Assembly: GCA_052389415.1 (NCBI GenBank)
Contig: JBQTHX010000030.1
Location: forward strand, 32,001-96,000
Source of the DNA: Nitrosopumilaceae archaeon
GTDB taxonomy: Archaea > Thermoproteota > Nitrososphaeria > Nitrososphaerales > Nitrosopumilaceae
Direction: 5' to 3'
Length of the DNA: 64,000 nt
The notes beneath the pieces are model-generated. The model was not told the origin of the DNA and made no database searches. It was given only the letters and a program-made list of their open reading frames with translations. Numbering within the stretch: position 1 is the first letter of the stretch; the number at the start of each line of letters is the position of its first letter. Below, piece after piece: positions 27,748 through 37,220 of this stretch. The position numbers and the translations under genes were made by a program.

Positions 27748-28410
27748 ATGCAAAATTTGGCTTTTGATGTACATTCAAAGAATTTTCTGTTACTGATAAT
27801 GTTATTTATCATAATTACTATCTTGGTTTTTACAAAAATTACGAAACCAATTGATGATGCCATAATAAATTACGCTCAATCAATTGGTGGAAACCTATCT
27901 TTGGATCTCTTTATGCAGTTCCTTACAGAAATAGGTAGTTTGTTCTACATGATTATTTTTAGCTTGGTGTTATTTATCAAAAAACGTACTAGGAGAATAG
28001 GCCTGATACTGATCTTGTCAGTCTTGGCAGGAACTATTGTTTCTGCATACATAAAAGAATCTGTTGGTCAAGAGAGACCAAACCTAGATTTTAAAGGAAT
28101 TCCATTTCCCATACCACTTGAAAAAGACACATTCTCTTTTTTTGGGGCTGATACAAACTCCTTTCCATCAGGTCACGCTACGAGAACATCCGCATTTGCA
28201 TTAGTAATTGGATTTGCATTATCCAAAAGATTTCCAAATGGCTGCTATCTCTTATTCTTATATCCATGTCTAGTGTCTATAAGTAGAGTTTATGTTTTGC
28301 AACATTACCCCTCAGATGTTATAGGCGGTATGATCCTTGGCATTTTGGTTTCTGGACTAATATCAAAAAAACTCAAATTGCATCTTATATTTGAAAAATC
28401 AATAACCTAA
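27748..28410 (+). CDS. PAP2-family membrane phosphatase
   Basis: Motifs KxxxxxxRP, FPSGH, SRVYVLQHYPSD. Confidence 0.93.
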   Translation: MQNLAFDVHSKNFLLLIMLFIIITILVFTKITKPIDDAIINYAQSIGGNLSLDLFMQFLTEIGSLFYMIIFSLVLFIKKRTRRIGLILILSVLAGTIVSAYIKESVGQERPNLDFKGIPFPIPLEKDTFSFFGADTNSFPSGHATRTSAFALVIGFALSKRFPNGCYLLFLYPCLVSISRVYVLQHYPSDVIGGMILGILVSGLISKKLKLHLIFEKSIT

Positions 28411-28710
28411 TTCATGCAAAGCTTTGGAACTTATCAAAATCATGGCAAAATGAGATTTGTCATGATGAAGTATCCAATACCTCACATCTCGTTCTTGTTT
28501 GGTTTTACGTAATCCAAAATTAATCTCATTAATGATCAAAAATCCAATTTTTTTTGCTTGTTCTTTTTCGTTTGTCATCAGTACTTTAATTGCACTTTGA
28601 TGATCTGAAAATCCTAGTTTGATCATTTCTGAAACAGCGTCAGATACCTGTGATTCATTATCGATCTCAAAAGTTTTTAGTATGGGCAGTTGAGATGGAT
28701 GAAAATCCAT
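28399..28710 (-). CDS. Hypothetical protein
   Basis: 103-aa ORF with ATG start, globular composition. Confidence 0.7.
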   Translation of the reverse strand: MDFHPSQLPILKTFEIDNESQVSDAVSEMIKLGFSDHQSAIKVLMTNEKEQAKKIGFLIINEINFGLRKTKQERDVRYWILHHDKSHFAMILISSKALHELGY

Positions 28711-28869
28711 GTTTCTCCCTTTACATTACCAAATAAAATCTACTAGCTTGAAAGAATAGGTAGTTGAAATTTTATAAAAAATCATCAAATATGTGAAAAA
28801 TATTAACTTTTATGTCAATTCCTAATCATAGCAAAAACTTAATCGAGTACAAAATCTGTTTATGGATAT

Positions 28870-29664
28870 ATGGCATCTCTCTCAAATCTTGTAAAATCAT
28901 ACAAGAATAAGAAAATAGAGGCAACAAAGAGCAGACGACGAAGTGAAAATCAACTTGATTCTACTCTTTCATTAAAACGCAAATCTTCTTCAGGGCTTTC
29001 CTCGCTTGAAAAGAAAAAAGAGTCATCTCTTAGAAAGAAAGAAGAAATTTCTTTGCTTCTGAATCAGTACACAGCACAGAGAGATAGCGTTCAAAGATTA
29101 AAAACCGCCGCTCAAAGCAAACTTGAACAAGCGGAAGAAGAAAAAGAGCGGATCGCACAAGAAATAGAATTTAGCTCTCCAGATGGAAAAGGACAAAATG
29201 CTGAGAAAATTAGAGCAATAAATCAAAAGGTTGAAGATTTACATTCAGAGATAAAACAGAGGAATGCAGCAGAAGATAGACTGCAAAAACAAATTGAGGA
29301 TTTAACAAAATCACGGACAAAAATTGATTTACAAATAAGAACCCATACACAAACAAAACCTCTGCTTTTAGAACAGTTCAAATCTAGTACCAAGGCAGAG
29401 GAAATGTTACGTTCTCAAGTAAAATCTAAAATGAGGCGTGAAGAACAAGCAAAACGTAATTTAATTAAACTTGCACAAAAGATTGAGATTTTACGTGCTA
29501 AAAAGAGAAAAGCAAAAAGAAAGAAGAAAAAAATAAAAACACGCTCAAAGTTAAAGAGGAAAGTAAAAACAAGGACAAGAAAAGTAAAAAAACACAAATC
29601 ACGAATACGACCTAAAACGAAAAAAAGAAAAATAAAAAGGAAAATCAAAAAGTCTAGGCGATAA
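28870..29664 (+). CDS. Long coiled-coil protein with an extremely basic Lys/Arg-rich C-terminal tail
   Basis: Heptad-rich body; tail 'KKRKAKRKKKKIKTRSKLKRKVKTRTRKVKKHKSRIRPKTKKRKIKRKIKKSRR'. Confidence 0.85.
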   Translation: MASLSNLVKSYKNKKIEATKSRRRSENQLDSTLSLKRKSSSGLSSLEKKKESSLRKKEEISLLLNQYTAQRDSVQRLKTAAQSKLEQAEEEKERIAQEIEFSSPDGKGQNAEKIRAINQKVEDLHSEIKQRNAAEDRLQKQIEDLTKSRTKIDLQIRTHTQTKPLLLEQFKSSTKAEEMLRSQVKSKMRREEQAKRNLIKLAQKIEILRAKKRKAKRKKKKIKTRSKLKRKVKTRTRKVKKHKSRIRPKTKKRKIKRKIKKSRR

Positions 29665-29707
29665 AATCCACGCTTCATTAATATGGTATGGGTTTCTGTA
29701 GAAATTC

Positions 29708-30484
29708 ATGTCGTCTCAATCAAAAATTTTTGTAGAAGTTTCTGAAATGCCCAAGTTAAAAAACCCCAATCTTATTTGTGGGCTGCCAGGAAGTGGTTAT
29801 GTGGGAAAGATTGCAGTCGATTATTTGATTGACGAACTTAAAGGCGTAAAATTTGCAAACATTTTTTCATCATCATTTCCACCTCAAGTTTCTATACGAG
29901 ATGATGGCACGATAGATTTAATGAAAAATACATTATATTATTGTAAGAATGTCCCAGATGACATAATATTACTGACTGGAGATGCACAACCAGTTACTCC
30001 TGAAAGTGAATATGCAATGGCAGAGGAGATAATAGGAATATGCGAAAAACTGGGAGTAAAAAACATCTATACTCTGGCAGCTTTTATCACCGGCACTTTC
30101 TCCAAAAATCCTAAAGTCTATGGAACTAGCACATCGTTGCAAATAGTAAAGGGCTTCACAAAACAGGGAATTGTTTCTATGAGCGGAGGAACAGTCACTG
30201 GAATGAATGGATTGGTGATTGGTGCTGGCAAAACTAGAGGAATCACCGGGATTTGTTTGCTTGGAGAAACCTCTGGATATGTTGTTGATGCAAAAGCCTC
30301 ACATGCCATTCTCGAAATTCTTTCAAAAATTTTGGGGCTAAAATTAGATATGAGCACTATTATCAAAAGAGCACAAGATACGGATCGATTAATAAAAACT
30401 GTTGAAGAACAAATGGGGCAGCGGCAATCAACAGAACAATTGCCAATGCCTCCTCAAGATAAAAAACTTGATTATATTAGCTAA
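29708..30484 (+). CDS. PAC2-family proteasome assembly chaperone-like protein
   Basis: 'LICGLPGSGYVGKIA', 'LTGDAQP', 'CLLGETSGY'. Confidence 0.9.
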   Translation: MSSQSKIFVEVSEMPKLKNPNLICGLPGSGYVGKIAVDYLIDELKGVKFANIFSSSFPPQVSIRDDGTIDLMKNTLYYCKNVPDDIILLTGDAQPVTPESEYAMAEEIIGICEKLGVKNIYTLAAFITGTFSKNPKVYGTSTSLQIVKGFTKQGIVSMSGGTVTGMNGLVIGAGKTRGITGICLLGETSGYVVDAKASHAILEILSKILGLKLDMSTIIKRAQDTDRLIKTVEEQMGQRQSTEQLPMPPQDKKLDYIS

Positions 30485-30500
30485 AAGAATGGTGTAGAGT

Positions 30501-30800
30501 TTAAAATTCGATTACATTCAATTTGCCATACTTTCCAACATTCAGAGAATTTTCTCCTCTAAAGCTTGTAATGTATCCATTTTCTACTCTTATTTTGGAA
30601 CCTGGTTTAACCATCTTGATCTGAGCATCCCATAAAGTAAGTTTTATCTGACCAGTGTTATCTTTTAGGATTGCATCAGCTACTTGGGCCTGCCCACCAG
30701 ATTTTAGATTTACAGTTCTTGGCTCACTGATACTCTCAATGACGCCTTCTACTGGTTCAAGTCTATTCTGTGGTTTATTGAGTTGGCTTATGTCTGTCAT
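30501..30800 (-). CDS. ssb: Single OB-fold single-stranded DNA-binding protein (crenarchaeal SSB/RPA type)
   Basis: 'LKDNTGQIKLTLW', 'ENGYITSFRGENSLNVGKYGKL'. Confidence 0.9.
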   Translation of the reverse strand: MTDISQLNKPQNRLEPVEGVIESISEPRTVNLKSGGQAQVADAILKDNTGQIKLTLWDAQIKMVKPGSKIRVENGYITSFRGENSLNVGKYGKLNVIEF

Positions 30801-31053
30801 CAGCCAATTTTTTCATACTCAAATAATAAGTGTTTTGATATAAACTTCTGATCAGAACTCGGGGTTTAATCAGTTCAAGTGGCTCTGAATTTATTATCAT
30901 TCACAATATAAAATGTCATTGGTAATGAATGAACAACTAATTTCATAAATTACATCTTTGTTGCTAATTTAATCAAATTTTCAATCTTATTCTTTCCTAA
31001 ATCTACTTCTGTTAAGGAGTCAGAGGTTGATATAAAGATCTGTTAGACAAAAA

Positions 31054-33234
31054 TCAATTAACTGCTAGTGCGAAAGTAGTCTCTACGGTCTTTTTATCAT
31101 CTATCACTTTGATTGTATATGTTCCAGGACTCAGATCAGTTGGTATTCTCCAAATAGTACCATATGTTCCAATTCCAGTAGCTACTATGCTCAATTCATC
31201 AATCTCTATAGTGTCTTTTAAAATCTTAATTATTATTGTATGAGAGACACTAACTCCGTCTCCGCTGATTTGTATTATCTCGTCAGTCTTGTAATTAGTT
31301 TTATCCAAATAAACTGAAATTGTTCCGGCTACACTTTGTGTTACCTTTAGATCCTTGCTAACGTGGTTTATGCCACTGCCGGCCTCGATCTTCCAAATTC
31401 CAGTCTGAGCATTAGTTGGAATTCTAAAAGCTGATGATGAATAGATCCCCTTTTTATCAGTAAATATCTCCTGAGTTTTTACCTTTGTGCCTTTTGGATC
31501 TAGTAAACTTAGGGTAATTATGACATTCGGATTAGAATCACCAATTATTAAAATCGGGTCCCCTGGATGATAGGATTCTTGTAAAGTTCTAAGATTGACC
31601 TTTCCTGTACTGGTTTGTAAACCAACTGAGAATTTATTTTCAGCCTGTACGTTTCCTCTGCTAACAACAGCAGTATAAATTCCTGAAGTATAACCAGTAA
31701 GATTGAAACTGTACATGTGATAACCATCATCTCCCAATGAAAAACTATCGGAAAATTTTGTCTTGTCTGCCGGATCAATAACGATCAAATTTATAGTTGC
31801 AGAAGGAGGTCCTATGATGTTGATTTTTGGTTGCTGTGAAGTTTTGTAATTCATTGCATCCATGGTTGCAATTAATGGCTGGGATGGCAACTGACCTACA
31901 CCAAACAAGACAGTTGCAAGTTCGCCTTGCTGGGTTGCAAACAAAACGTATGTTCCCTCCCGTATTCCTGGGTCTAGGGGGTAACTAAAATTCAATGTGC
32001 CATTAGCTCCTACCATTTTATTTTCAGAAAAGATTTCCATGCCTACTGGATTTCGTAGAACAAATTCAATTTCTTTATCTGCTAACGCAGTACCATTAAT
32101 CAGTACAGTTTCTCCAGGATTGTATTTCTCCTTTATTGATGCTAAATTGATTTTTTGAGTTGTTTCTAAAACAACTGTTCGAACAACTGTGTCTTTTCCA
32201 TCTGTAATGGTTATAGTATATTCGCCAAACTCTGCATCAGATGCAATTCGATATGGTAAGGAATAGTTTCCAGCACCATCAGCTTTGACTGTCTTTGCGG
32301 TCAGAACCTGACCTGTCGAATCAGATAAAGAAACAGTCAAAGTGCTACTTGAAGCAGCGGTGCCTGAAATAAGTACTTCATCACCCCTATGTACTGTAGA
32401 GGCAACATTTGCTGTTAATTCCGCATCTTCTGATGGCCTAATTGATTCGCCTTGTATTCTCAAACTCATTGATTTCTGGCTACCACTTTTATCTTTGATT
32501 ATGAAATCTGCTCTGTCAGCTGGCTGATTCAGGGGAATCTCAGTGCTTACAATAAAACTTCCTTTTTCATCGCTTGAAAAAGATTCTATTTTAAGATCAT
32601 TTATGTAAAAGTCAAGATCTGTTTTTGGTGGAAAATTTTCTCCAATTATTCGCAAATTAGAACCCGCACGTGGAGTATCAGGAATTATCTTAAAGGTAGC
32701 AAGATCTGATATCTTTCCCTCTGCTATTGATGGAGTAGTTTGTTCTGGCAATTCGACTTGTGACGACGTCAAGATTCTTCCCCCAGAGCCTATTTCGTCA
32801 CCATCTGAATCTAATGCAGACCAACTAAAAGCTGGTGTTGATTTGTCTGTTTTTATTCCAAATTTCACACTTTGTCCAGGTTTGACTGGATTTGTAGAAG
32901 TAAAAGTAATTGTACTCGAATCTGTTTTTTTACCAAGCCATCCTTTCTCTGTTTTAAAGGACTTGAAGGTTCCTCCATCATCAACTTTCAAAACTACCGA
33001 GGTGATATCAAAAATATTTTCTTGATTGTTTTTGTATTCTACAACTGTCACTTGATCGTGATTAGTAGCCGTTACAGTTACAAGCTCACCTTCTGCGTTA
33101 ATCTGTGGGGTTACATAAGTAAATAGCGAAGCAGAAACAAGCAATATTGCGATAATCAAACCTCTAACGAGTCTATCGTTCAACAACAAAACAAAACTGT
33201 TCTCCAAATTAAATCTTGAGTATCTTTGATACAA
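31054..33234 (-). CDS. Large secreted surface protein with repeated Ig-like beta-sandwich domains
   Basis: Signal-like hydrophobic stretch; repeated 'Y..G..v.I.G......G.Y.i' units; true start may be TTG at 33183. Confidence 0.85.
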   Translation of the reverse strand: MYQRYSRFNLENSFVLLLNDRLVRGLIIAILLVSASLFTYVTPQINAEGELVTVTATNHDQVTVVEYKNNQENIFDITSVVLKVDDGGTFKSFKTEKGWLGKKTDSSTITFTSTNPVKPGQSVKFGIKTDKSTPAFSWSALDSDGDEIGSGGRILTSSQVELPEQTTPSIAEGKISDLATFKIIPDTPRAGSNLRIIGENFPPKTDLDFYINDLKIESFSSDEKGSFIVSTEIPLNQPADRADFIIKDKSGSQKSMSLRIQGESIRPSEDAELTANVASTVHRGDEVLISGTAASSSTLTVSLSDSTGQVLTAKTVKADGAGNYSLPYRIASDAEFGEYTITITDGKDTVVRTVVLETTQKINLASIKEKYNPGETVLINGTALADKEIEFVLRNPVGMEIFSENKMVGANGTLNFSYPLDPGIREGTYVLFATQQGELATVLFGVGQLPSQPLIATMDAMNYKTSQQPKINIIGPPSATINLIVIDPADKTKFSDSFSLGDDGYHMYSFNLTGYTSGIYTAVVSRGNVQAENKFSVGLQTSTGKVNLRTLQESYHPGDPILIIGDSNPNVIITLSLLDPKGTKVKTQEIFTDKKGIYSSSAFRIPTNAQTGIWKIEAGSGINHVSKDLKVTQSVAGTISVYLDKTNYKTDEIIQISGDGVSVSHTIIIKILKDTIEIDELSIVATGIGTYGTIWRIPTDLSPGTYTIKVIDDKKTVETTFALAVN

Positions 33235-33274
33235 ATTTTCAATTTTTCTATTTTTGAATAGTATGAATCGTGAG

Positions 33275-33298
33275 TAAAGTACTAATTCTAGTACTTTA
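33275..33298. promoter_or_regulatory. Perfect 10-bp inverted repeat (operator or hairpin)
   Basis: TAAAGTACTA-ATTC-TAGTACTTTA, between the ATPase stop and the surface-protein start. Confidence 0.5.
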
Positions 33299-33309
33299 GA
33301 AAATCAGAT

Positions 33310-35391
33310 TTATTTTAAACTGTTAAGAGTCGTCTCAGATACGATATTCTGATTCTGTCTAATTCTTTCTGCAATTAACCTGAATATCATTCTGAACTGA
33401 TCCTTTGTTTTGTCTGAGATAAAATCTGCTTCTCCTAATGCAATTTTTTGTGATATGTATCTGCAAATTTCTTCTGGTTCAAATTTCTCCCAACCCAAGT
33501 GTTGGTTTTCTTTCCAAATTTCATTAAGACTGTCTACGATGCTCTTCCTACCTTTTGCAGTAATATCATTAGGAGTTAGATTCTGGTACCCTTCCTTTCT
33601 TAGCTTAATCTCATATGTTTGGTTTACAGCATAGAGATAATCCTCGATAGCGACAAAATCTTCTATTGTTTGTTTTGGTTGTCCTCCTAACTCGAAAAAT
33701 ATTATCTGAACTGATTTGAAGCTATTTGCTTGAAGCTGCGTTGAAATTTGTCGCGATAAATCGGAATTTCCCAAAAGTACAAACGTATTGTAACCATGAT
33801 TTCTATAAAATATTGAAAGTGGCAATACGGAATTCTTGTTATATGCAGGAACAATATTAAGTGGGTTCATCGAGAGATTGGGATCTTTTAGGAATTTGTC
33901 AAATGCATTTAGATATATTGAATCAACCATCGTTTCAACAATGATGACTGGCCTTGAATTGACACCAATCTCTCTATCAGGAATTGATTCAACTAGACCT
34001 CTAGAAAGACCATACAAGACAGGTACTAGAGTAGAATCATCTGCATTCCAGTAATCGTAATAAATATGACTCAGATGCTTTCTCTTATCCAACTCTACAA
34101 CAAGCAGGTTCCCTGGAGTGTAGTCAAAAATCATGAATGGAGAATGTGTTGCATATAGAATTTGGTTAGAACCAGCTAGGCCTTTTAATAAATCTGAAAT
34201 TCCGCGTTGTTGCGTTGGATGTAAGTTTCGTGCAGGTTCGTCCAAAAGTAATATTGCTTCTTTTAATTCAGATCTCTGGGTTTCAGCTGCAAAGTTCACA
34301 ATAAACGAAAATGTCCACTTAAATCCCTCAGCTCTTCGATTCAAAAGACCAGTATTTGTAATTGTGCCGTCTCTATGGACATCAGAGATTACTACACTGA
34401 GGATGTTTGATGGATTGTATCTCAATTCTACATGGATTGGATCACCTTTCCATGCAGGATTGAGTCTATCAGTTAATTTCCTACTTGCTGTGTGCAGAAG
34501 TTTTATCAGTCTTGAGGGGCTTGTATGTACCTCCTCAAGTTTGTCAGTATCTAACTCTGCCAAGTAAAATAGATTCTTGACGGTTTCGGCCTTGTCAAAC
34601 TCTTCAATATACTCTAATCCTTTTGGTCTAATTCCTTTAGATTCTTTCAAAAATTCGTCAAGGTCAATGTTTCCTAAAATTTTCTTATAGTCGGAAAAAT
34701 AGACAAATCTGGGATGCAACTTTTCTTCCACAAAATTTTCAAGTGCTGAACGTTCGCTAGTACCGATAAGTAGACTGTCATACGTCCGATCAAGATTTTG
34801 GTGTATCTTCTCCCAGTCGGAAATTACTTGTTTTTCATGTGATGCAATCAAGTAAATTTGATTGTTAAATTCAGCCATCATGTTGTTAAAAACATCCCTA
34901 GTTCGCGGGGCGCTTCCTTCTAGAAACTTTGTATCTAATTTTATGCGTAAGGAATGTGGGATTGAGGATACAAAACCCTGAATCTTTTCTACAAAATTCT
35001 CCCACGAATTAATTCTCTTGTTTGTCTCTTCGCTTATCTTTACATCTCCAAAATCATATTGTACTTTAGGATGTCTTTGTGTTCTATACAATCTGATTTT
35101 TTTGATATTGTCTATATCAGGAAATCTTTCCTGAATCAATCTTATCTCTTTTTCACCAAGGTCAAACTCTCCTTCAACTATTGTTGTTTCAGATTTTAAT
35201 TCCTCTGACATTTCGTCACATAAATCAAGTTCAGATAGTTTGTTATCTTTGTTAAGCAAAGTAAGAGCTTCAAGTATCGTAGTTTTTCCACTTTCATTTC
35301 TTCCAATAAATGACGCTAGGTCTCCCACCTTGATCTCACCAGAATCATGAATGCATCTAAAAGCTCGAACTCTAAACTTTCTAAGTCGCAT
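33310..35391 (-). CDS. OLD-family-like ABC ATPase with C-terminal TOPRIM-like region
   Basis: Walker A GRNESGKT, Walker B LLLDEP, 'NLHP', H-loop ATHSP; C-terminal 'IIVETMVD'. Confidence 0.85.
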   Translation of the reverse strand: MRLRKFRVRAFRCIHDSGEIKVGDLASFIGRNESGKTTILEALTLLNKDNKLSELDLCDEMSEELKSETTIVEGEFDLGEKEIRLIQERFPDIDNIKKIRLYRTQRHPKVQYDFGDVKISEETNKRINSWENFVEKIQGFVSSIPHSLRIKLDTKFLEGSAPRTRDVFNNMMAEFNNQIYLIASHEKQVISDWEKIHQNLDRTYDSLLIGTSERSALENFVEEKLHPRFVYFSDYKKILGNIDLDEFLKESKGIRPKGLEYIEEFDKAETVKNLFYLAELDTDKLEEVHTSPSRLIKLLHTASRKLTDRLNPAWKGDPIHVELRYNPSNILSVVISDVHRDGTITNTGLLNRRAEGFKWTFSFIVNFAAETQRSELKEAILLLDEPARNLHPTQQRGISDLLKGLAGSNQILYATHSPFMIFDYTPGNLLVVELDKRKHLSHIYYDYWNADDSTLVPVLYGLSRGLVESIPDREIGVNSRPVIIVETMVDSIYLNAFDKFLKDPNLSMNPLNIVPAYNKNSVLPLSIFYRNHGYNTFVLLGNSDLSRQISTQLQANSFKSVQIIFFELGGQPKQTIEDFVAIEDYLYAVNQTYEIKLRKEGYQNLTPNDITAKGRKSIVDSLNEIWKENQHLGWEKFEPEEICRYISQKIALGEADFISDKTKDQFRMIFRLIAERIRQNQNIVSETTLNSLK

Positions 35392-35504
35392 CTAGCGGGC
35401 TATTTGGCTGTCCTCGATTTAACTTATTCGACAAAATCATCTGCAAAGATTTCATGTTTATTCCACTAAATAGATATAAAGGAATGAGATTGTTACATAA
35501 CAAA

Positions 35505-35984
35505 ATGACAGTGCAAAACTCAGCTTTGCTTGTTTTTCTTTTTCCAGTTGTCATGGGAATAGCGTTTGGCACATTTGTTTTGTCCGGAGTTTTAACACAA
35601 CCTGATAGAGAGTTAAACATGTGGCCATTTGAAAATTTCTCCTTACCAACGGCACCAGTTGTAGAAGATCTAAAGATTCAGGGTTTGCTAAGTCAATACT
35701 CTATCTCTGCTCCAATAGAAATTAAGGTCATAGTCAATAATTCTGATTTTGAATGCGGAGATCTGTATATTACAATTTATGATATAGCAACATCTCAAAA
35801 GGAAGTGGTAGCGCAAAATGGCTTCTTTTCACAGTGTTTCTCAACTAACAAGTTAGCCCTTCCTATAGATGATACATTTTCTGAGAAAATTGACAAAGCA
35901 GGAGAATATGAATTGGTAGTAGAGATGAACGATAGTACCTACACAAAAACTGTCACAACAACAGCAAAGTTCAGAGTCCAATAA
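35505..35984 (+). CDS. Membrane-anchored hypothetical protein
   Basis: N-terminal TM, Cys pair, Ig-like C-terminus; start set at ATG 35505, about 25 nt after 'gatataaa'. Confidence 0.75.
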   Translation: MTVQNSALLVFLFPVVMGIAFGTFVLSGVLTQPDRELNMWPFENFSLPTAPVVEDLKIQGLLSQYSISAPIEIKVIVNNSDFECGDLYITIYDIATSQKEVVAQNGFFSQCFSTNKLALPIDDTFSEKIDKAGEYELVVEMNDSTYTKTVTTTAKFRVQ

Positions 35985-36048
35985 ATCAAATGCTATGTTA
36001 TATATTACTTTGAAAGCATATTCTGAGATCGGTTCTTAAGAGATAGTT

Positions 36049-36630
36049 ATGGCCAAAAAGAAAGACAAAAAACCAGTAAAAAAAGAGGCAACAAAGGAAA
36101 TAGTTGTAAAGAAAAAGGTAATAGAAAAAAAAACTCCTGAAAAGAAAAAAGCTAAAGAAAAAAAACCAAATCTTGAAAAGAAACCATCTTCTAAAAAGAA
36201 GGTAGAAGAGGAATTAGAAGAGGAATTTTCTGAATCAGAAATAGAAAACTTTCAGATTGAGGGCCTTGATATGGAAAAACTCACTACACGAGTTTGTAAC
36301 ATTGTTGCTGAACGCGGAGACGGGGGGATGCTTCAGAGTGATTTATGGAAAAAATTAAAACTTACAAGCAGAGATGGCTCTAGATTAGCACTAAAACTTG
36401 AAAGACGTAATATAGTAAAACGCGAGAAAGTTTTGGATAATGGTCGATGGACCTACAAACTAAAGATTTCAAAGATGCCGGTAAATACAAAGACAATTGA
36501 AGCAGCACCGTGTTTAATATGTCCAGTAGAACAAAAATGCTCTATTGATGGTGAGGTTAGTCCAAGAACTTGTCCACTAATTGAACAATGGGTTATCACT
36601 GAGATTGCCAATAAGAAAACAACAAAATGA
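36049..36630 (+). CDS. Archaeal RPC34-like winged-helix / Fe-S protein with Lys-rich N-terminus
   Basis: wHTH 'GMLQSDLWKKLKLTSRDGSRLALKLERR'; C-terminal 'PCLICPVEQKC...PRTC...W'. Confidence 0.85.
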   Translation: MAKKKDKKPVKKEATKEIVVKKKVIEKKTPEKKKAKEKKPNLEKKPSSKKKVEEELEEEFSESEIENFQIEGLDMEKLTTRVCNIVAERGDGGMLQSDLWKKLKLTSRDGSRLALKLERRNIVKREKVLDNGRWTYKLKISKMPVNTKTIEAAPCLICPVEQKCSIDGEVSPRTCPLIEQWVITEIANKKTTK

Positions 36631-37220
36631 AATTAATTGACGCAAGACGGGATTTTTACAGAAAACTCGCACACAAAGAAGGCTACAGGAGTAGGGCTTC
36701 ATACAAACTTAAGGAACTGAATCAATCATATCGTATTATTGGACCAGGATTTTATGTATTAGATCTTGGTTGTTCTCCAGGTGGCTGGACTCAGGTTGCA
36801 TTAGAGCTTGCAGGAAATAAAGGAAAAGTTATGGGTGTTGACACTTCATACGTTGAAGAAATTCCAAACGCACACATCATCAGAGGAGACATCGAGGATG
36901 AATCAATCGTAGAGCTAATTCTTGAATATTTTGGAAGAAAGGTAAACGCTGTAATTTGTGACCTTTCTCCACAAGTTAGTGGTGTGTGGGCAGTAGATCA
37001 TGCCAAACAAATTGCACTAAACTATGCAGCTTCAAAAATAGTTGAACATGTCCTAGCCTACAAGGGAAATGCATTATTCAAAGTATTTGATGGTGAATAT
37101 TCAAATGAATTTCGAGACTATATCAGAAAGAAATTTGCAAAAGTTCAGATAAGAAAACCAAAAGCAAGTAGAAAAACAAGTAGTGAACTTTACTACATAT
37201 GTCTAGGTTACAGTCCTTAA
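36627..37220 (+). CDS. rlmE: 23S rRNA 2'-O-methyltransferase RlmE/RrmJ
   Basis: 'GYRSRASYKL', 'LDLGCSPGGW', 'KPKASRKTSSELY'. Confidence 0.95.
   Translation: MKLIDARRDFYRKLAHKEGYRSRASYKLKELNQSYRIIGPGFYVLDLGCSPGGWTQVALELAGNKGKVMGVDTSYVEEIPNAHIIRGDIEDESIVELILEYFGRKVNAVICDLSPQVSGVWAVDHAKQIALNYAASKIVEHVLAYKGNALFKVFDGEYSNEFRDYIRKKFAKVQIRKPKASRKTSSELYYICLGYSP

Noticed and set aside
29415-29678. 87-aa Phe-rich 'membrane' ORF on the minus strand
   Set aside because: Mirror of the AAA/AGA-rich basic tail of the plus-strand gene
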